The notes below the pieces were generated by a model. That model was not told the DNA's origin and did not search any database. It saw only the letters and a program-made list of their open reading frames with translations. Made by a program: the position numbers and the translations under genes. Positions 19,051 to 28,813 of a stretch of DNA of 46,339 nucleotides are shown here, in pieces. The first letter of the stretch is position 1; each line of letters starts with the position of its first letter. The DNA is from Pseudonocardia sp. (GTDB lineage Bacteria > Actinomycetota > Actinomycetes > Mycobacteriales > Pseudonocardiaceae), in assembly GCA_030147065.1 (NCBI GenBank), contig JASLAP010000113.1, positions 1 to 46,339 of the forward strand, read 5' to 3'.

Positions 19051-20214
19051 TCAGTCCGCCGGCCAGCGCGGCTGCGCGGCCGGGTCGATGCCCAGCGCCG
19101 CCTTGCCGATCGTCTCGATCGCCACGTCGTTGGACGGCGGGTGGAACTGCCCGGCCCGCACGTCGCGGTAGTGGCGCTCCAGCGGCAGCGTGCGGAAGAT
19201 CCCGTGCCCGCCGACCATCCGCACGCACCGGTCGACCGCGGCGTCGGCCGCGGTCACCGCGGTGTGCTTGAGGGCCTGGATGTCGGCGGGCTGCAGCAGC
19301 TCGCCGGCGGCCCGCCGGGCGAGCACGTCGTTGAGCATCGCCTCGGCCGGGCGCAGCGCCAGCTCGATCTCCGCGGCGCTGGTGACCTGCGCGGGCTGGC
19401 GGGCCATCGGCAGCGACGCGCCGGTGACGGTGCGGTTCGCGACGTAGTCGTAGGCGAAGCGGGCCGCGCTGCGGGCGATGCCCAGGTAGACCGCGGCGAT
19501 CGAGACCGCGAACCAGGCGAAGATGCGCTCCTGGGCGGTGTCCCACACCGGCGGCCGGGTCGGGTCCGAGCCCCGTTGCACCGCGGCATCGGGCACGAAG
19601 ACGTCGTCGAACACCACGTCCCAGGACCCGGTGCCGCGCATGGCCATGGTGTCCCAGGTGTCCTTGAAGGACAGTCCCGGGGTGTTGCGCGGCAGGCCGA
19701 ACAGCAGCAACCGGCCGGTCCCGGTGTCGGCGGCGGTGCCCCAGAAGAAGTCCAGCACCGGGGCCAGCGAGCAGAACGACTTGCGGCCCTTGATCAGGTA
19801 GCCGCCCTCGACCGGCGTCGCCGGGGTCGAGGAGCTGCGGACGTTCAGCCCGGTGGCCGCGTCGGTGAGGCTGCCGCCGACCACGACGCCCGAGGTGACC
19901 ATGGTGAAGATCGGCTCGGCGCCGCGGTCGCCGCCGCGCCAGCCCTCGGCCGCGGCGCCCACCCCGAACAGGTGCATGTTGGTGGCCAGCGCGGTCGACG
20001 CGCAGGCCCCGGCGATGATCTTCTGGCAGGCGGCGAAGGTGGCCAGGTCGGCCCCGCCCCCGCCGACCTCGACGGGCACGACCGAGCTGAGGTAGCCCAC
20101 CTCCTTCATCCGCTCGATGTTCTCCACCGGGAAGCGCGCCTCCCGGTCGATCTCGGCGGCCCGCGGGGCGAACTCCGCGGCGAGCCCGGTGGCGACGGCG
20201 GTCCAGTCGGTCAT
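19051..20214 (-). CDS. Acyl-CoA dehydrogenase-fold flavoprotein (possibly monooxygenase-type)
   Basis: GRKSFCS, WDTMAMRGTGS, ERHYRDVRAGQFHPP. Confidence 0.85.
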   Translation of the reverse strand: MTDWTAVATGLAAEFAPRAAEIDREARFPVENIERMKEVGYLSSVVPVEVGGGGADLATFAACQKIIAGACASTALATNMHLFGVGAAAEGWRGGDRGAEPIFTMVTSGVVVGGSLTDAATGLNVRSSSTPATPVEGGYLIKGRKSFCSLAPVLDFFWGTAADTGTGRLLLFGLPRNTPGLSFKDTWDTMAMRGTGSWDVVFDDVFVPDAAVQRGSDPTRPPVWDTAQERIFAWFAVSIAAVYLGIARSAARFAYDYVANRTVTGASLPMARQPAQVTSAAEIELALRPAEAMLNDVLARRAAGELLQPADIQALKHTAVTAADAAVDRCVRMVGGHGIFRTLPLERHYRDVRAGQFHPPSNDVAIETIGKAALGIDPAAQPRWPAD

Positions 20215-20215
20215 G

Positions 20216-21247
20216 TCACGGCTCCACGATGATCTTGCAGTGCTCGTCGGGGTCGTCCAGCGCGCCGAACGCCCACGGGACCCGGTCCAGCCCCACCCGG
20301 GCGGTGACCAGCGGCGCCACCTCGATCTCGCCCTCGGCGAGCGAGCGCAGCGACGCGGCGAACTCCTCGGGGGTGTAGCCGAGGACGAACTGCACGGACA
20401 GTTCCTTGCTGATCCCGAAGTACGGGTTGACGGTGTCCGCGCCCATGCACACCCCGACGACCACCACCCGCGACTGCGCGGGCGCGCAGCGCAGGATGTC
20501 GTCGAGGATGCCGGGCACCCCGATCGCCTCGAACACCACCACCGGCGTGGCCGCGCCGGCCCGGGCCCAGGCCGTCTCCTCCCGCGGGTCGACGACGTCG
20601 GTGGCGCCCAGCCCGGCGGCCAGCGCGCGGCGGGCGGGGGAGAAGTCGGCGGCCACGATCGACCGCACGCCGCGCACCCCCAGCGCCGCGATCACCGCGA
20701 GGCCGACCGGGCCACAGCCGAGCACGACGGCGCGCTCGGCCGGTTCGATGCGCGAGCGGTTGACCGCGTGCAGGCCGACCGCCATCGGTTCGGTGAGCGC
20801 GGCGTGGTGCGCGGGCAGCCCGTTGGGCACCTCCAGCAGCAGCGGGGCCGACAGCACCATCCGCTCGCCGTAGCCGCCCTGGACGGTGTTGGAGTAGACG
20901 ATCGCGTCGACGCCGGAGCCGTCCGCGCGCGGCAGCACCGGGAGCGCGGTGACCGGGGTCCCGGCCGGCGGGGCCGTGGTGCCCGGCCCGGCCTCGATCA
21001 CCTCGGCGGCGAACTCGTGTCCCAGGTAGACGTCGCGGGACAGGTCGACCTCGGCGCCCGGGCGCGGCACGCCCTCCATCCGCCGCCCGAGCGCGAGCAT
21101 GTCCGCGCCGTGCTCCGCGAAGTGCAGGTCCGAGCCGCAGATCCCGCACGCCGTGACCCGCACCAGCACCTGGCCCGGCCCCGGCTCGGGCTCCGGCACG
21201 TCGTCGCGGACGACGATCCCGCCGGAGTTCAGCACCGCCGCCCGCAT
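20216..21247 (-). CDS. Zinc-binding alcohol dehydrogenase (MDR family)
   Basis: CGICGSDLH, LGHEF, LTEP, GCGPVG; no 4-Cys structural Zn lobe; TGATG coupling to the upstream gene. Confidence 0.9.
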   Translation of the reverse strand: MRAAVLNSGGIVVRDDVPEPEPGPGQVLVRVTACGICGSDLHFAEHGADMLALGRRMEGVPRPGAEVDLSRDVYLGHEFAAEVIEAGPGTTAPPAGTPVTALPVLPRADGSGVDAIVYSNTVQGGYGERMVLSAPLLLEVPNGLPAHHAALTEPMAVGLHAVNRSRIEPAERAVVLGCGPVGLAVIAALGVRGVRSIVAADFSPARRALAAGLGATDVVDPREETAWARAGAATPVVVFEAIGVPGILDDILRCAPAQSRVVVVGVCMGADTVNPYFGISKELSVQFVLGYTPEEFAASLRSLAEGEIEVAPLVTARVGLDRVPWAFGALDDPDEHCKIIVEP

Positions 21248-22476
21248 CAGGCGCTGCCCTCCTCGGCCGGCGCGGTCGCCGCGCTGGTGCCGGCCGGGTT
21301 GCCGGTGACCTCCGCGGCGTGGCTCTTGATGGCGTTCACGACCGCCTGGCCGGCCCGGCCGAAGATCTGCTCCCGCTTGCCGACGGCCCAGTCGTGCGAG
21401 GCCTTCGGGGCCGCGAGCCGGCCCTTGAAGTGCGGGATCACGTGCCGGGCGAACAGCCGGTAGGACTCGATGGTCGCCGCGGGGGAGGCCCAGTCGTGGC
21501 CCAGCATGAGGAACGTCCCGAAGCCCCCGGACCGGTCGAGCAGCCTCTCGATGTAGGCGATGGCGTCGTCCGGGGTGCCGATCATCGCCCGGCCGCTGTC
21601 GGCGTACTGCTCGATGAACTCGACGTCGGGGACCTCGCCGTCGCCGCCGTCGGCCAGCGGCACGAACCCGGCGCCGCCGCCGAAGTAGTTCGCGAAGTCG
21701 CGCAGGCCGTGCTGGCAGTCCTGGACGGCCTGCTCGCGGGTCTCGGCCAGGTGCACCTGGCCCAGCACCCGCCAGGTCGAGCGGTCCGGGGCCGGGCGAC
21801 CGGCGCTGGCCGCCTGCTCCTCGACCACGCCCCAGGCGTTGCCGATCGCGGCGAAGCCCTCCGCGGCCGCCGACATCGACAGCGACAGCAGCGAGGCGCC
21901 GTACTGCCCGGCCAGCCGCGGACCGGACGGCGAGACCATCGCCGCCACCGCGATCTCCGGGTGCGGCCACTGGTAGGGCCGCAGTTGCAGGCGCGCCTCG
22001 CGCATGGTGAACCAGTCGGTCTCGCGGGTGACCGGCTCCTCGCTGGTGAACAGCGCCGTCACCGCGTCCAGCGCCTCTTCGTGGCGACGCCGCTGCTCGA
22101 CCGGGTCGATGCCCATCACGAAGGCGTCGGTGGGCAGCGCCCCGGGGCCGGTGCCGAAGATCAGCCGGCCGCGGGTGAGGTGGTCGAGCAGGCAGATCCG
22201 GTCGGCCAGCAGCCACGGGTGGTGGTAGGGCATCGACACCACCCCGGTGCCCAACCGGATGTGCTTGGTGCGCTGCGCGGCCGCGGCGATGAAGATCTCC
22301 GGGCTGCCGATCAGCTCGTAGCCGCCGGAGTGGTGCTCGCCCACCCAGGCCTCGTCGTAGCCGAACCGGTCCAGCGCCTCGATGCGCTCCAGGTCGTACT
22401 CCAGGGCCAGGGTCGGGTCCTGGCCGCAGGGGTGGAACGGGGCGTAGAAGACCCCGAAGCCCAGCGGGCGGCCCAT
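21247..22476 (-). CDS. Luciferase-like (LLM) flavin monooxygenase, limonene 1,2-monooxygenase/Rv3618-like
   Basis: FGVFYAPFH, EAWVGEHHSGG, LGTGVVS, GTGPGALPTD; TGATG coupling. Confidence 0.88.
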   Translation of the reverse strand: MGRPLGFGVFYAPFHPCGQDPTLALEYDLERIEALDRFGYDEAWVGEHHSGGYELIGSPEIFIAAAAQRTKHIRLGTGVVSMPYHHPWLLADRICLLDHLTRGRLIFGTGPGALPTDAFVMGIDPVEQRRRHEEALDAVTALFTSEEPVTRETDWFTMREARLQLRPYQWPHPEIAVAAMVSPSGPRLAGQYGASLLSLSMSAAAEGFAAIGNAWGVVEEQAASAGRPAPDRSTWRVLGQVHLAETREQAVQDCQHGLRDFANYFGGGAGFVPLADGGDGEVPDVEFIEQYADSGRAMIGTPDDAIAYIERLLDRSGGFGTFLMLGHDWASPAATIESYRLFARHVIPHFKGRLAAPKASHDWAVGKREQIFGRAGQAVVNAIKSHAAEVTGNPAGTSAATAPAEEGSA

Positions 22477-23435
22477 CAGCGCTCCCGGCCGAGGCCGCGC
22501 AGGAAGCCCAGCAGCGCGGTGTTCACCTCGTCGGCCTTCTCCTGCTGCACCCAGTGCCCGGCGTCGGCGACGATCACGCTGCCGCGGTGGTCGGACAGCC
22601 AGTCGTCCTGCCGCTCCGGTGGCGTCATCCGCAGCACCGGGTCCAGCGCGCCGCCGATGAACAAGCTCGGCACCCCGACCTTCGCCCCGTCCAGCTGCGG
22701 GGTGAGCTCCCAGTTGCGGTCGAAGTTGCGGTACCAGTTGAGCCCGCCGGTGAACCCGGTCCGGGTGAACTCGGCGACGTAGTGGTCCAGCTCGTCCTGG
22801 GACAGCCAGTCCGGCAGGCCGGCGGGCTCGGGGAAGCGGTCGACGAACCCGCGCCCGTCGTCGGCGGACCGCTCGATCGACCCGCCCCGGTCGGTGCGGG
22901 TGCCGCAGAGCATCCGGCGCATGGTGCGGGCCGGGTCGGCCGCCAGCTCGGCGTCGGCGACGCCGGGCTCCTGGAAGTACAGGATGTAGAAGAACTTCCC
23001 GGCGAACACCTGGCGCCACAGCTGCGTGGGCGGCACCGGCAGCCGCGGGGTGAACGGCACGCTCATCCCGCACACCCCGGCCACCCGGTCCGGGTGCAGC
23101 AGCGCGGTCTGCCAGACCACCATCGAGCCCCAGTCGTGCCCGACGAACACCGCCTGCTCCGCACCGATGTCGTCGAGCAGGGCGATCAGGTCGTCGGTCA
23201 GGTGCACGATGTCGTAGTCGGTCACCGCCTCGGGGCGCGAGCTGCGCCCGTAGCCGCGCTGGTCGGGGGCCAGCACCCGGTACCCGGCCGCGGCCAGGGC
23301 CGGGATCTGGTGGCGCCACGAGTACGCCAGCTCCGGGAACCCGTGGGCCAGCACGACCGGCGGCCCGTCCTGCGGGCCGTCCTCGACGACGTGCAGCTGC
23401 ACGCCGTTCACGGCGACGGTGCGCTCAGCGGCCAC
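22476..23435 (-). CDS. Alpha/beta epoxide hydrolase (EphA/soluble EH-like)
   Basis: HGFPELAYSWRHQ, GHDWG, YILYFQEPG, LNWYRN, GHWVQQE; RBS GGAGG. Confidence 0.9.
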   Translation of the reverse strand: MAAERTVAVNGVQLHVVEDGPQDGPPVVLAHGFPELAYSWRHQIPALAAAGYRVLAPDQRGYGRSSRPEAVTDYDIVHLTDDLIALLDDIGAEQAVFVGHDWGSMVVWQTALLHPDRVAGVCGMSVPFTPRLPVPPTQLWRQVFAGKFFYILYFQEPGVADAELAADPARTMRRMLCGTRTDRGGSIERSADDGRGFVDRFPEPAGLPDWLSQDELDHYVAEFTRTGFTGGLNWYRNFDRNWELTPQLDGAKVGVPSLFIGGALDPVLRMTPPERQDDWLSDHRGSVIVADAGHWVQQEKADEVNTALLGFLRGLGRER

Positions 23436-23449
23436 GGTGCCACCCTCCC

Positions 23450-23499
23450 TGGTAACGGACGTTGCCAGAAAACCTAGGGTATGGTCACGCCCGTTGCCA
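23450..23499. promoter_or_regulatory. Two 18-bp quasi-palindromic operators (TGGTAACGGACGTTGCCA 23450-23467; TGGTCACGCCCGTTGCCA 23482-23499)
   Basis: Repeated near-palindrome in the divergent EH/TetR intergenic region, flanking TAGGGT. Confidence 0.7.
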
Positions 23500-24165
23500 A
23501 GACTTGACGAGACGACCAGGCCGACCCGCTGGGCGGGTGTGCCGGCGGCAGACCGGGTGGTCGAGCGCCGCGGGCTGCTGCTCGACGCCGCCCTGGAGCT
23601 GCTCGGCACGGCCGGCCTGCCCGGGACGACGGTGCGCGGGGTGTGCGCGGCGGCCCGGCTCAACCCGCGCTACTTCTACGAGAGCTTCCCCGACCTCGAC
23701 GCCCTGGTCGTGGCGGTGTTCGACGAGGTGGTCGACGGGCTGCGCGCGGCCGTGCAGAGCGCGCTCGACGCCGCCGGCCCCGACCCCGCCACCCGGGTCC
23801 GCGCCGCCGTGGCCACCACCGCCGAGTTCGTCGACTCCGACCGTCGGCGGGCCCGGGTGCTCTACGTCGAGGGCCGCGGGCACGAGCGGCTGCAGCGCCG
23901 CCGCTGGGAGTCCTCGTCGCTGATCGCCGAGCTGATCGCGACCGAGGCCGCCGGCGCGGCACCCGCCGACAGCACCGCCGACCCCGCACCGGGCCACCGC
24001 CTGGTCGCGGCCTTCCTGGTCGGCGGCTTCAGCGAGCTGCTCATGCGCTGGGTCGACGGCGCGATCCCGGTCGACCGCGACCGGCTCGTCGACGACGCGA
24101 CCGAGCTGTTCCTGGCCCTGGGCCGGGCCGGCGACCGGATCGCCCACCGCCACCGCCCCGGCTGA
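23494..24165 (+). CDS. TetR/AcrR family regulator
   Basis: LLDAALELLG...TTVRGVCAAARLNPRYFYESF HTH; start uncertain. Confidence 0.88.
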   Translation: MPRLDETTRPTRWAGVPAADRVVERRGLLLDAALELLGTAGLPGTTVRGVCAAARLNPRYFYESFPDLDALVVAVFDEVVDGLRAAVQSALDAAGPDPATRVRAAVATTAEFVDSDRRRARVLYVEGRGHERLQRRRWESSSLIAELIATEAAGAAPADSTADPAPGHRLVAAFLVGGFSELLMRWVDGAIPVDRDRLVDDATELFLALGRAGDRIAHRHRPG

Positions 24166-24231
24166 CCCCGGACGCTCGGCGAGAGCGGCGGGTCCGGGTT
24201 TCCGGGTGCGGGTTGCGGGGGATATCGCGGT

Positions 24232-24963
24232 GTGCCCACCGCAGTGCTGTTCGGCGTCGCCGCGTCCAGCGCCCTGCTCATCGGCGCGGCCGTGGGGGCC
24301 CGCTGGAACCCCCCGAAGAAGGTGACCGGGGTGCTGCTGGCGTTCGCCAGCGGCGCGCTGATCTCCGCGCTGGCGTTCGAGCTGTTCGAGGACGCCTACG
24401 ACCTGGGTGGCGCGGTCCGATCCGGGCTCGGGCTGCTGGCCGGGGCGGCGGCGTTCGTCACCGCCGACACCGCGCTGGACCGCTACGTGAGCGGCCGGTC
24501 CGGCCCGGATCAGCGGGACGTGGCCGCGGCCGGTGCCCGGCGCGGGGTCGGGCTGGCGCTGCTGGCCGCGGTGACCCTGGACGGCATCCCGGAGAACCTC
24601 GCGCTGGGCGTGTCGCTGGTGGAGGGCGCCTCGCTGGCGCTGCTCGTGGCGATCTTCTTCTCCAACCTGCCCGAGTCGCTGGTCGGGGCGGTGGCCATGC
24701 GCGAGGGCGGGCAGAGCGCCCGCAGCGTGCTGCTCACCTGGACCGTGTGCGCGGTGCTGCTGGCCGCCGCGGTGGTGCTCGGCCGGGTCGCGGCCGGCGG
24801 GCTCGGCGACGAGGTGCTGGCCGTCGCGCTGGCCTTCGCCGGCGGCGCGGTGCTCGCCTCGCTGGCCGACACCCTGATGCCGGAGGCCTTCGAGCACGGC
24901 CGCCCGCTCAACGCCTTCGCCACCGCCGCCGGGTTCTTCCTGTCCTTCGTGCTGGCGGGCTGA
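24232..24963 (+). CDS. ZIP family metal transporter
   Basis: AFASGAL, LDGIPENLALG, SNLPE, AFAGGA...MPEAF. Confidence 0.85.
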   Translation: MPTAVLFGVAASSALLIGAAVGARWNPPKKVTGVLLAFASGALISALAFELFEDAYDLGGAVRSGLGLLAGAAAFVTADTALDRYVSGRSGPDQRDVAAAGARRGVGLALLAAVTLDGIPENLALGVSLVEGASLALLVAIFFSNLPESLVGAVAMREGGQSARSVLLTWTVCAVLLAAAVVLGRVAAGGLGDEVLAVALAFAGGAVLASLADTLMPEAFEHGRPLNAFATAAGFFLSFVLAG

Positions 24964-24968
24964 GCGGC

Positions 24969-26921
24969 CTACGGGGTGGTCGGGAGCCAGACCCGCATCG
25001 TCGACGGGCCCCGCTCGGCCCAGTCGTGGTACGGGACCAGGGCCACGTCCACCGCGGCGTCCGTGGCACGGTCCGGGACGTCCGCCGGGGCGCGGTAGGG
25101 CCAGGGGCCGGTGGTGGCGGGGGCGGGGCGCAGCCGCACCACGACCGCGCCGTCGACCTCGCGGGGCGCGACGGCGGGGTCGAGCCGGACGTCGGCGGTG
25201 TCGTCGAGGCGCCCGCCGCCGGCCGCGGCCAGGTCGACCGACTCCAGGCAGTACACCTCCGGCCCGCGCTCCACGGCCAGGCAGCCGCGCACCGCGTCGA
25301 TGCGCGGGTCGGCGGCGGTGAACCGGGGGGTGACCGGCAGGTGCAGCTCGACCAGGTCGCCGTCCCGGAACGCCCGCCGCACGGGCACCGACCCGGGCGC
25401 GGCGGCCTGCTCGACCGGATCGCCGCCCACCGGCCGCACGACCAGCCGGGCGCCGGTCGCCCAGTCCGGCACGCGCAGGGTGAGCGTCCACGGTTCGTCG
25501 GCGTCGTCGCGGACGTGCACCCGCACGACGCCGTCGCGCGGGTAGTCGGTGTGCACGTCGAGCGCGACCGGGCGCCCGTCGGGCAGCGCCGTGCGGATCT
25601 CGCCCGTCGCGTACTGGTGCAGCTGCAGCCCGCCGTCGTCGACGGTGGCGACGTAGTTGGCCAGGCCGGCGAGGGTGCGGGCGACGTTGGGCGGGCAGCA
25701 GGAGACCTCGAACCACGGCGCCCGCATCGACGACGCCGCCCGCGGCGAGACGGCGCCCTCCGGCGCCGGGACGCCGGGCCGGCGCTGGTGCAGGGTGTTC
25801 GTGTAGAAGAACGCGGTGCCGGCGCGCGACGGCGAGGTGGCGACCACGTTGTACAGCGTGCGCTCGATCAGGTCGGCGTAGCGCGGCCGCCCTTCGGCGA
25901 GCAGCAGCCGCCAGCTGAACATGATCGAGGCGACCCCCGCGCAGGTCTCGGAGTACGCCCGGTCGGGGGGCAGCACCCAGTCGCCGCCGAACGCCTCGTC
26001 CTGGTGGTGCGAGCCCTGCCCGCCGGTGAGGTAGGTGCGCCGGGCGACGGTGTTCTCCCACTGCCGCACCAGCGCCGCGAGCAGCGGCCCGTCGCCGCGT
26101 TCGACGGCGACGTCGACCGCACCCGCGGACAGGTAGCCGGCCCGCACCGCGTGCCCGCGCAGCACGTCGGCGTCGCGCACCGGCAGGTCGTCCTGGTAGT
26201 AGCCGCGGCCGAACTCGATGTCGGCGAGCGTGCCGCGCCCGCGCCGGTCGACGAACAGCTCGGCCTGGGCCAGGTAGCGCTCGTCGCCGGTGACCCGGGC
26301 CAGCTCCACCAGCGCCGGCTCGATCTCGGCGTGCCCGCACACCGACTCGATCCCGCCCGGGCCGAACACCGCGCACACCAGGTCGGCGGCCCGCACGGCC
26401 ACGTCGAGCAGGCCGTCGTGGGCGTCCGGGCGGGTGCGGGCCCGCGCGGCCGCGGCCTGGAACAGGTGGCCCAGGCAGTACAGCTCGTGGCCCCACTCCA
26501 GGTCCGACCAGCGGGCGCCCTGGCCGGGCCGGCCGAACGCGGTGCCCAGGTAGCCGTCGGGCTCCTGGGCGGCGGCCACCCGGGCCACGACCGCCCGGAA
26601 CCGCGCCTCCAGGGCGGCGTCCCCGGCCCGGCCGATCTCCCAGGCCATCGCCTCCAGCAGCTTGTAGACCTCGGAGTCGGCGAACTCCCGGCCGCGCCGC
26701 CCGGCCGGCAGCGCGCCGGCCGCGGCCAGGTCGAAATTGCCCAGCCAGCCCTCGCGCTCGAGCCAGTGCTCGATGTGGCCGAGCGTGGCGGCCGCGTTGA
26801 CCCGCTGGCGGCGGCCCCAGAAACCGCCGGTGACGGTCACCTCGCCGGGACCCAGCGGGCGCAGGCGACCGGCCGCGGGTGCCGCGAGGGGGGTGGTCGG
26901 GCGGGTGCGGGTCATCGTCAT
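24969..26921 (-). CDS. Glycoside hydrolase family 127 (beta-L-arabinofuranosidase-like)
   Basis: DSEVYK, HELY, GHAVR, YSETC, CCPPN. Confidence 0.9.
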   Translation of the reverse strand: MTMTRTRPTTPLAAPAAGRLRPLGPGEVTVTGGFWGRRQRVNAAATLGHIEHWLEREGWLGNFDLAAAGALPAGRRGREFADSEVYKLLEAMAWEIGRAGDAALEARFRAVVARVAAAQEPDGYLGTAFGRPGQGARWSDLEWGHELYCLGHLFQAAAARARTRPDAHDGLLDVAVRAADLVCAVFGPGGIESVCGHAEIEPALVELARVTGDERYLAQAELFVDRRGRGTLADIEFGRGYYQDDLPVRDADVLRGHAVRAGYLSAGAVDVAVERGDGPLLAALVRQWENTVARRTYLTGGQGSHHQDEAFGGDWVLPPDRAYSETCAGVASIMFSWRLLLAEGRPRYADLIERTLYNVVATSPSRAGTAFFYTNTLHQRRPGVPAPEGAVSPRAASSMRAPWFEVSCCPPNVARTLAGLANYVATVDDGGLQLHQYATGEIRTALPDGRPVALDVHTDYPRDGVVRVHVRDDADEPWTLTLRVPDWATGARLVVRPVGGDPVEQAAAPGSVPVRRAFRDGDLVELHLPVTPRFTAADPRIDAVRGCLAVERGPEVYCLESVDLAAAGGGRLDDTADVRLDPAVAPREVDGAVVVRLRPAPATTGPWPYRAPADVPDRATDAAVDVALVPYHDWAERGPSTMRVWLPTTP

Positions 26922-27796
26922 CCCTTGAGCGCGCCGGACATGAACCCGCGCACGTAGTGTCGTTGGAGCAGCAGGAACAGCACGATGCAGGGCAGGGCGA
27001 GGACGACGACGCCGGCTTCGGTGGCCCCGTAGTCGACCACCCCCTGCACCTGGCCGCGCAGGTTGGACACCGCCAGCGGCAGCGTCAGCCGGTCCGAGTC
27101 GTTGATCAGGATCAGCGGGGCGATGAAGTCGTTCCAGGCGGTCAGGAACGCGAACAGGCCGACCGTGATCATCCCGGGGCGCACCGCCGGCAGCAGCACC
27201 CGCCACAGCGTCGAGAACGACGAGCAGCCGTCCACCATCGCGGCCTCGTCGAGCTCGCGCGGCACCGCCTCGAACGAGATCCGCATCATGAACGTGGAGA
27301 ACGGCAGCTGGAACATCGTCAGCACCAGCGCCACCCCGACCAGCGAGTTCTGCAGGCCAACCTGGTTGAGCAGCACGTAGAGCGGGATCAGCAGGGTGGC
27401 GTAGGGGACCATCAGGATGGCCAGCGTGGCCAGGAACAGCAGGTCCCGGCCGGGGAAGCGGAACCGGGCGAACGCGTACCCGCCCAGCACCGACACCCCC
27501 AGCGTCAGCGCCACGGTGAGCACCGAGACGAACGCGGAGTTGGCCAGGTACTGCCAGATCCCGGCCTGGTACTCGGTCAGCGTCCGGTAGTTGCCCAGCC
27601 CCCAGCCCTCGACCTGGTTGGTGCCCGGCTGCGGGGCCACCGAGCTGACCGCGGTCCAGACCAGCGGGAACAGGAACACCACCGCGAGCGCGCCGGTGAA
27701 CACCCAGTACGGGGTGCGCAGCACCAGTCCGGCGACGGTGGTCCCGGGCCGGGACGGGGTGGCTGACGGGGTGGTTGACGGGGTGACGACGGCCAT
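26918..27796 (-). CDS. Carbohydrate ABC transporter permease
   Basis: ELDEAAMVDG EAA motif, AWNDF. Confidence 0.92.
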   Translation of the reverse strand: MAVVTPSTTPSATPSRPGTTVAGLVLRTPYWVFTGALAVVFLFPLVWTAVSSVAPQPGTNQVEGWGLGNYRTLTEYQAGIWQYLANSAFVSVLTVALTLGVSVLGGYAFARFRFPGRDLLFLATLAILMVPYATLLIPLYVLLNQVGLQNSLVGVALVLTMFQLPFSTFMMRISFEAVPRELDEAAMVDGCSSFSTLWRVLLPAVRPGMITVGLFAFLTAWNDFIAPLILINDSDRLTLPLAVSNLRGQVQGVVDYGATEAGVVVLALPCIVLFLLLQRHYVRGFMSGALKG

Positions 27797-27797
27797 G

Positions 27798-28736
27798 TCA
27801 GCCCCCGTCCGGGTCGCGCCGGAACGCCCGCAACTGCACGGCGTTGACCACCACCAGGGCCAGCAGCACCAGCACCGACAGCGCCGCGGCGACGCCGAGG
27901 TCGTTCTGCCCCTGGAAGGCGACGGTGTAGATCAGCTGGACCACCGAGATGGTGCTGTTGTCCGGGCCGCCCTTGGTCAGGATGTAGAACTGCTCGAAGG
28001 CCAGCAGCGAGCCGGTCACGCACAGCACCGTGGTCAGCGCCAGGGTGGGCCGCAGCAGCGGCAGCGTGATGTGCCGGAAGGTCTGCCAGCGCGAGGCCCC
28101 GTCGAGCCGGGCCGCCTCGTAGACATCGGTCGGGATGCCCTGCAGCCCGACCAGCATGAGCAGCATGTAGAACCCGGCGTAGCGCCAGACGATCAGGAAC
28201 AGCGTCGACCACAACGCGGCGGTCGGGGTGCCCAGGAAGGTGGCGCCGAGGTCGTCCATCACCGGGGCGAACGGCCCGGCCAGCGGCGAGTACAGCACGT
28301 AGAACAGCAGCGACGCCGAGGCCAGGCCGAGCGCGCTGGGTACCAGGACCGCGGTGCGCAGCAGGCCCTTCCACCGGGTCGACTCCTGCACCAGCAGCGC
28401 CAGCCCCAGGCCCAGCCCGATCAGCAGCGCGGTGGCCAGCGCGGTGTAGGTCAGGGTGAACGCGACCGAGTCCAGGAAGAACCGGTTGGTGACGGCCTTG
28501 GCGTAGTTGTCGGGGAAGTTCCAGCCGCGGTCGCCGGCCAGCAACGGCCAGCGCGACGCCGACATCCTCAGCACCAGCAGCAGCGGCACCACGAACAGCA
28601 GCGCCACGAACAGCGCGGTGGGGGCGGCGTAGATCCAGCCCTGCCGACCCTGCCCGGAGCGGCGGCGCCGGGGCAGCGGCGGGGCGGCCCGGGCGGTGCC
28701 GGGCGGTCGGGAGGTCGGTGGGGCGGCGATGCTCAT
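27798..28736 (-). CDS. Carbohydrate ABC transporter permease
   Basis: YEAARLDGAS, ITLPLL; RBS GAGGAG before ATG 28736. Confidence 0.92.
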   Translation of the reverse strand: MSIAAPPTSRPPGTARAAPPLPRRRRSGQGRQGWIYAAPTALFVALLFVVPLLLVLRMSASRWPLLAGDRGWNFPDNYAKAVTNRFFLDSVAFTLTYTALATALLIGLGLGLALLVQESTRWKGLLRTAVLVPSALGLASASLLFYVLYSPLAGPFAPVMDDLGATFLGTPTAALWSTLFLIVWRYAGFYMLLMLVGLQGIPTDVYEAARLDGASRWQTFRHITLPLLRPTLALTTVLCVTGSLLAFEQFYILTKGGPDNSTISVVQLIYTVAFQGQNDLGVAAALSVLVLLALVVVNAVQLRAFRRDPDGG

Positions 28737-28813
28737 CGGGCTCCTCGGCAGGGTCCGGCGGGCAGGGCGGGGCACCGGGCGGGACCGGCGGCGCGCGGTC
28801 CCGCCCGGGGCGG

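Noticed and set aside
24198..24224. GTTT-N17-GGGATA, a possible SigF/SigB-type promoter before the ZIP gene
   Set aside because: The -10 deviates from GGGTAT and a single weak match is insufficient.
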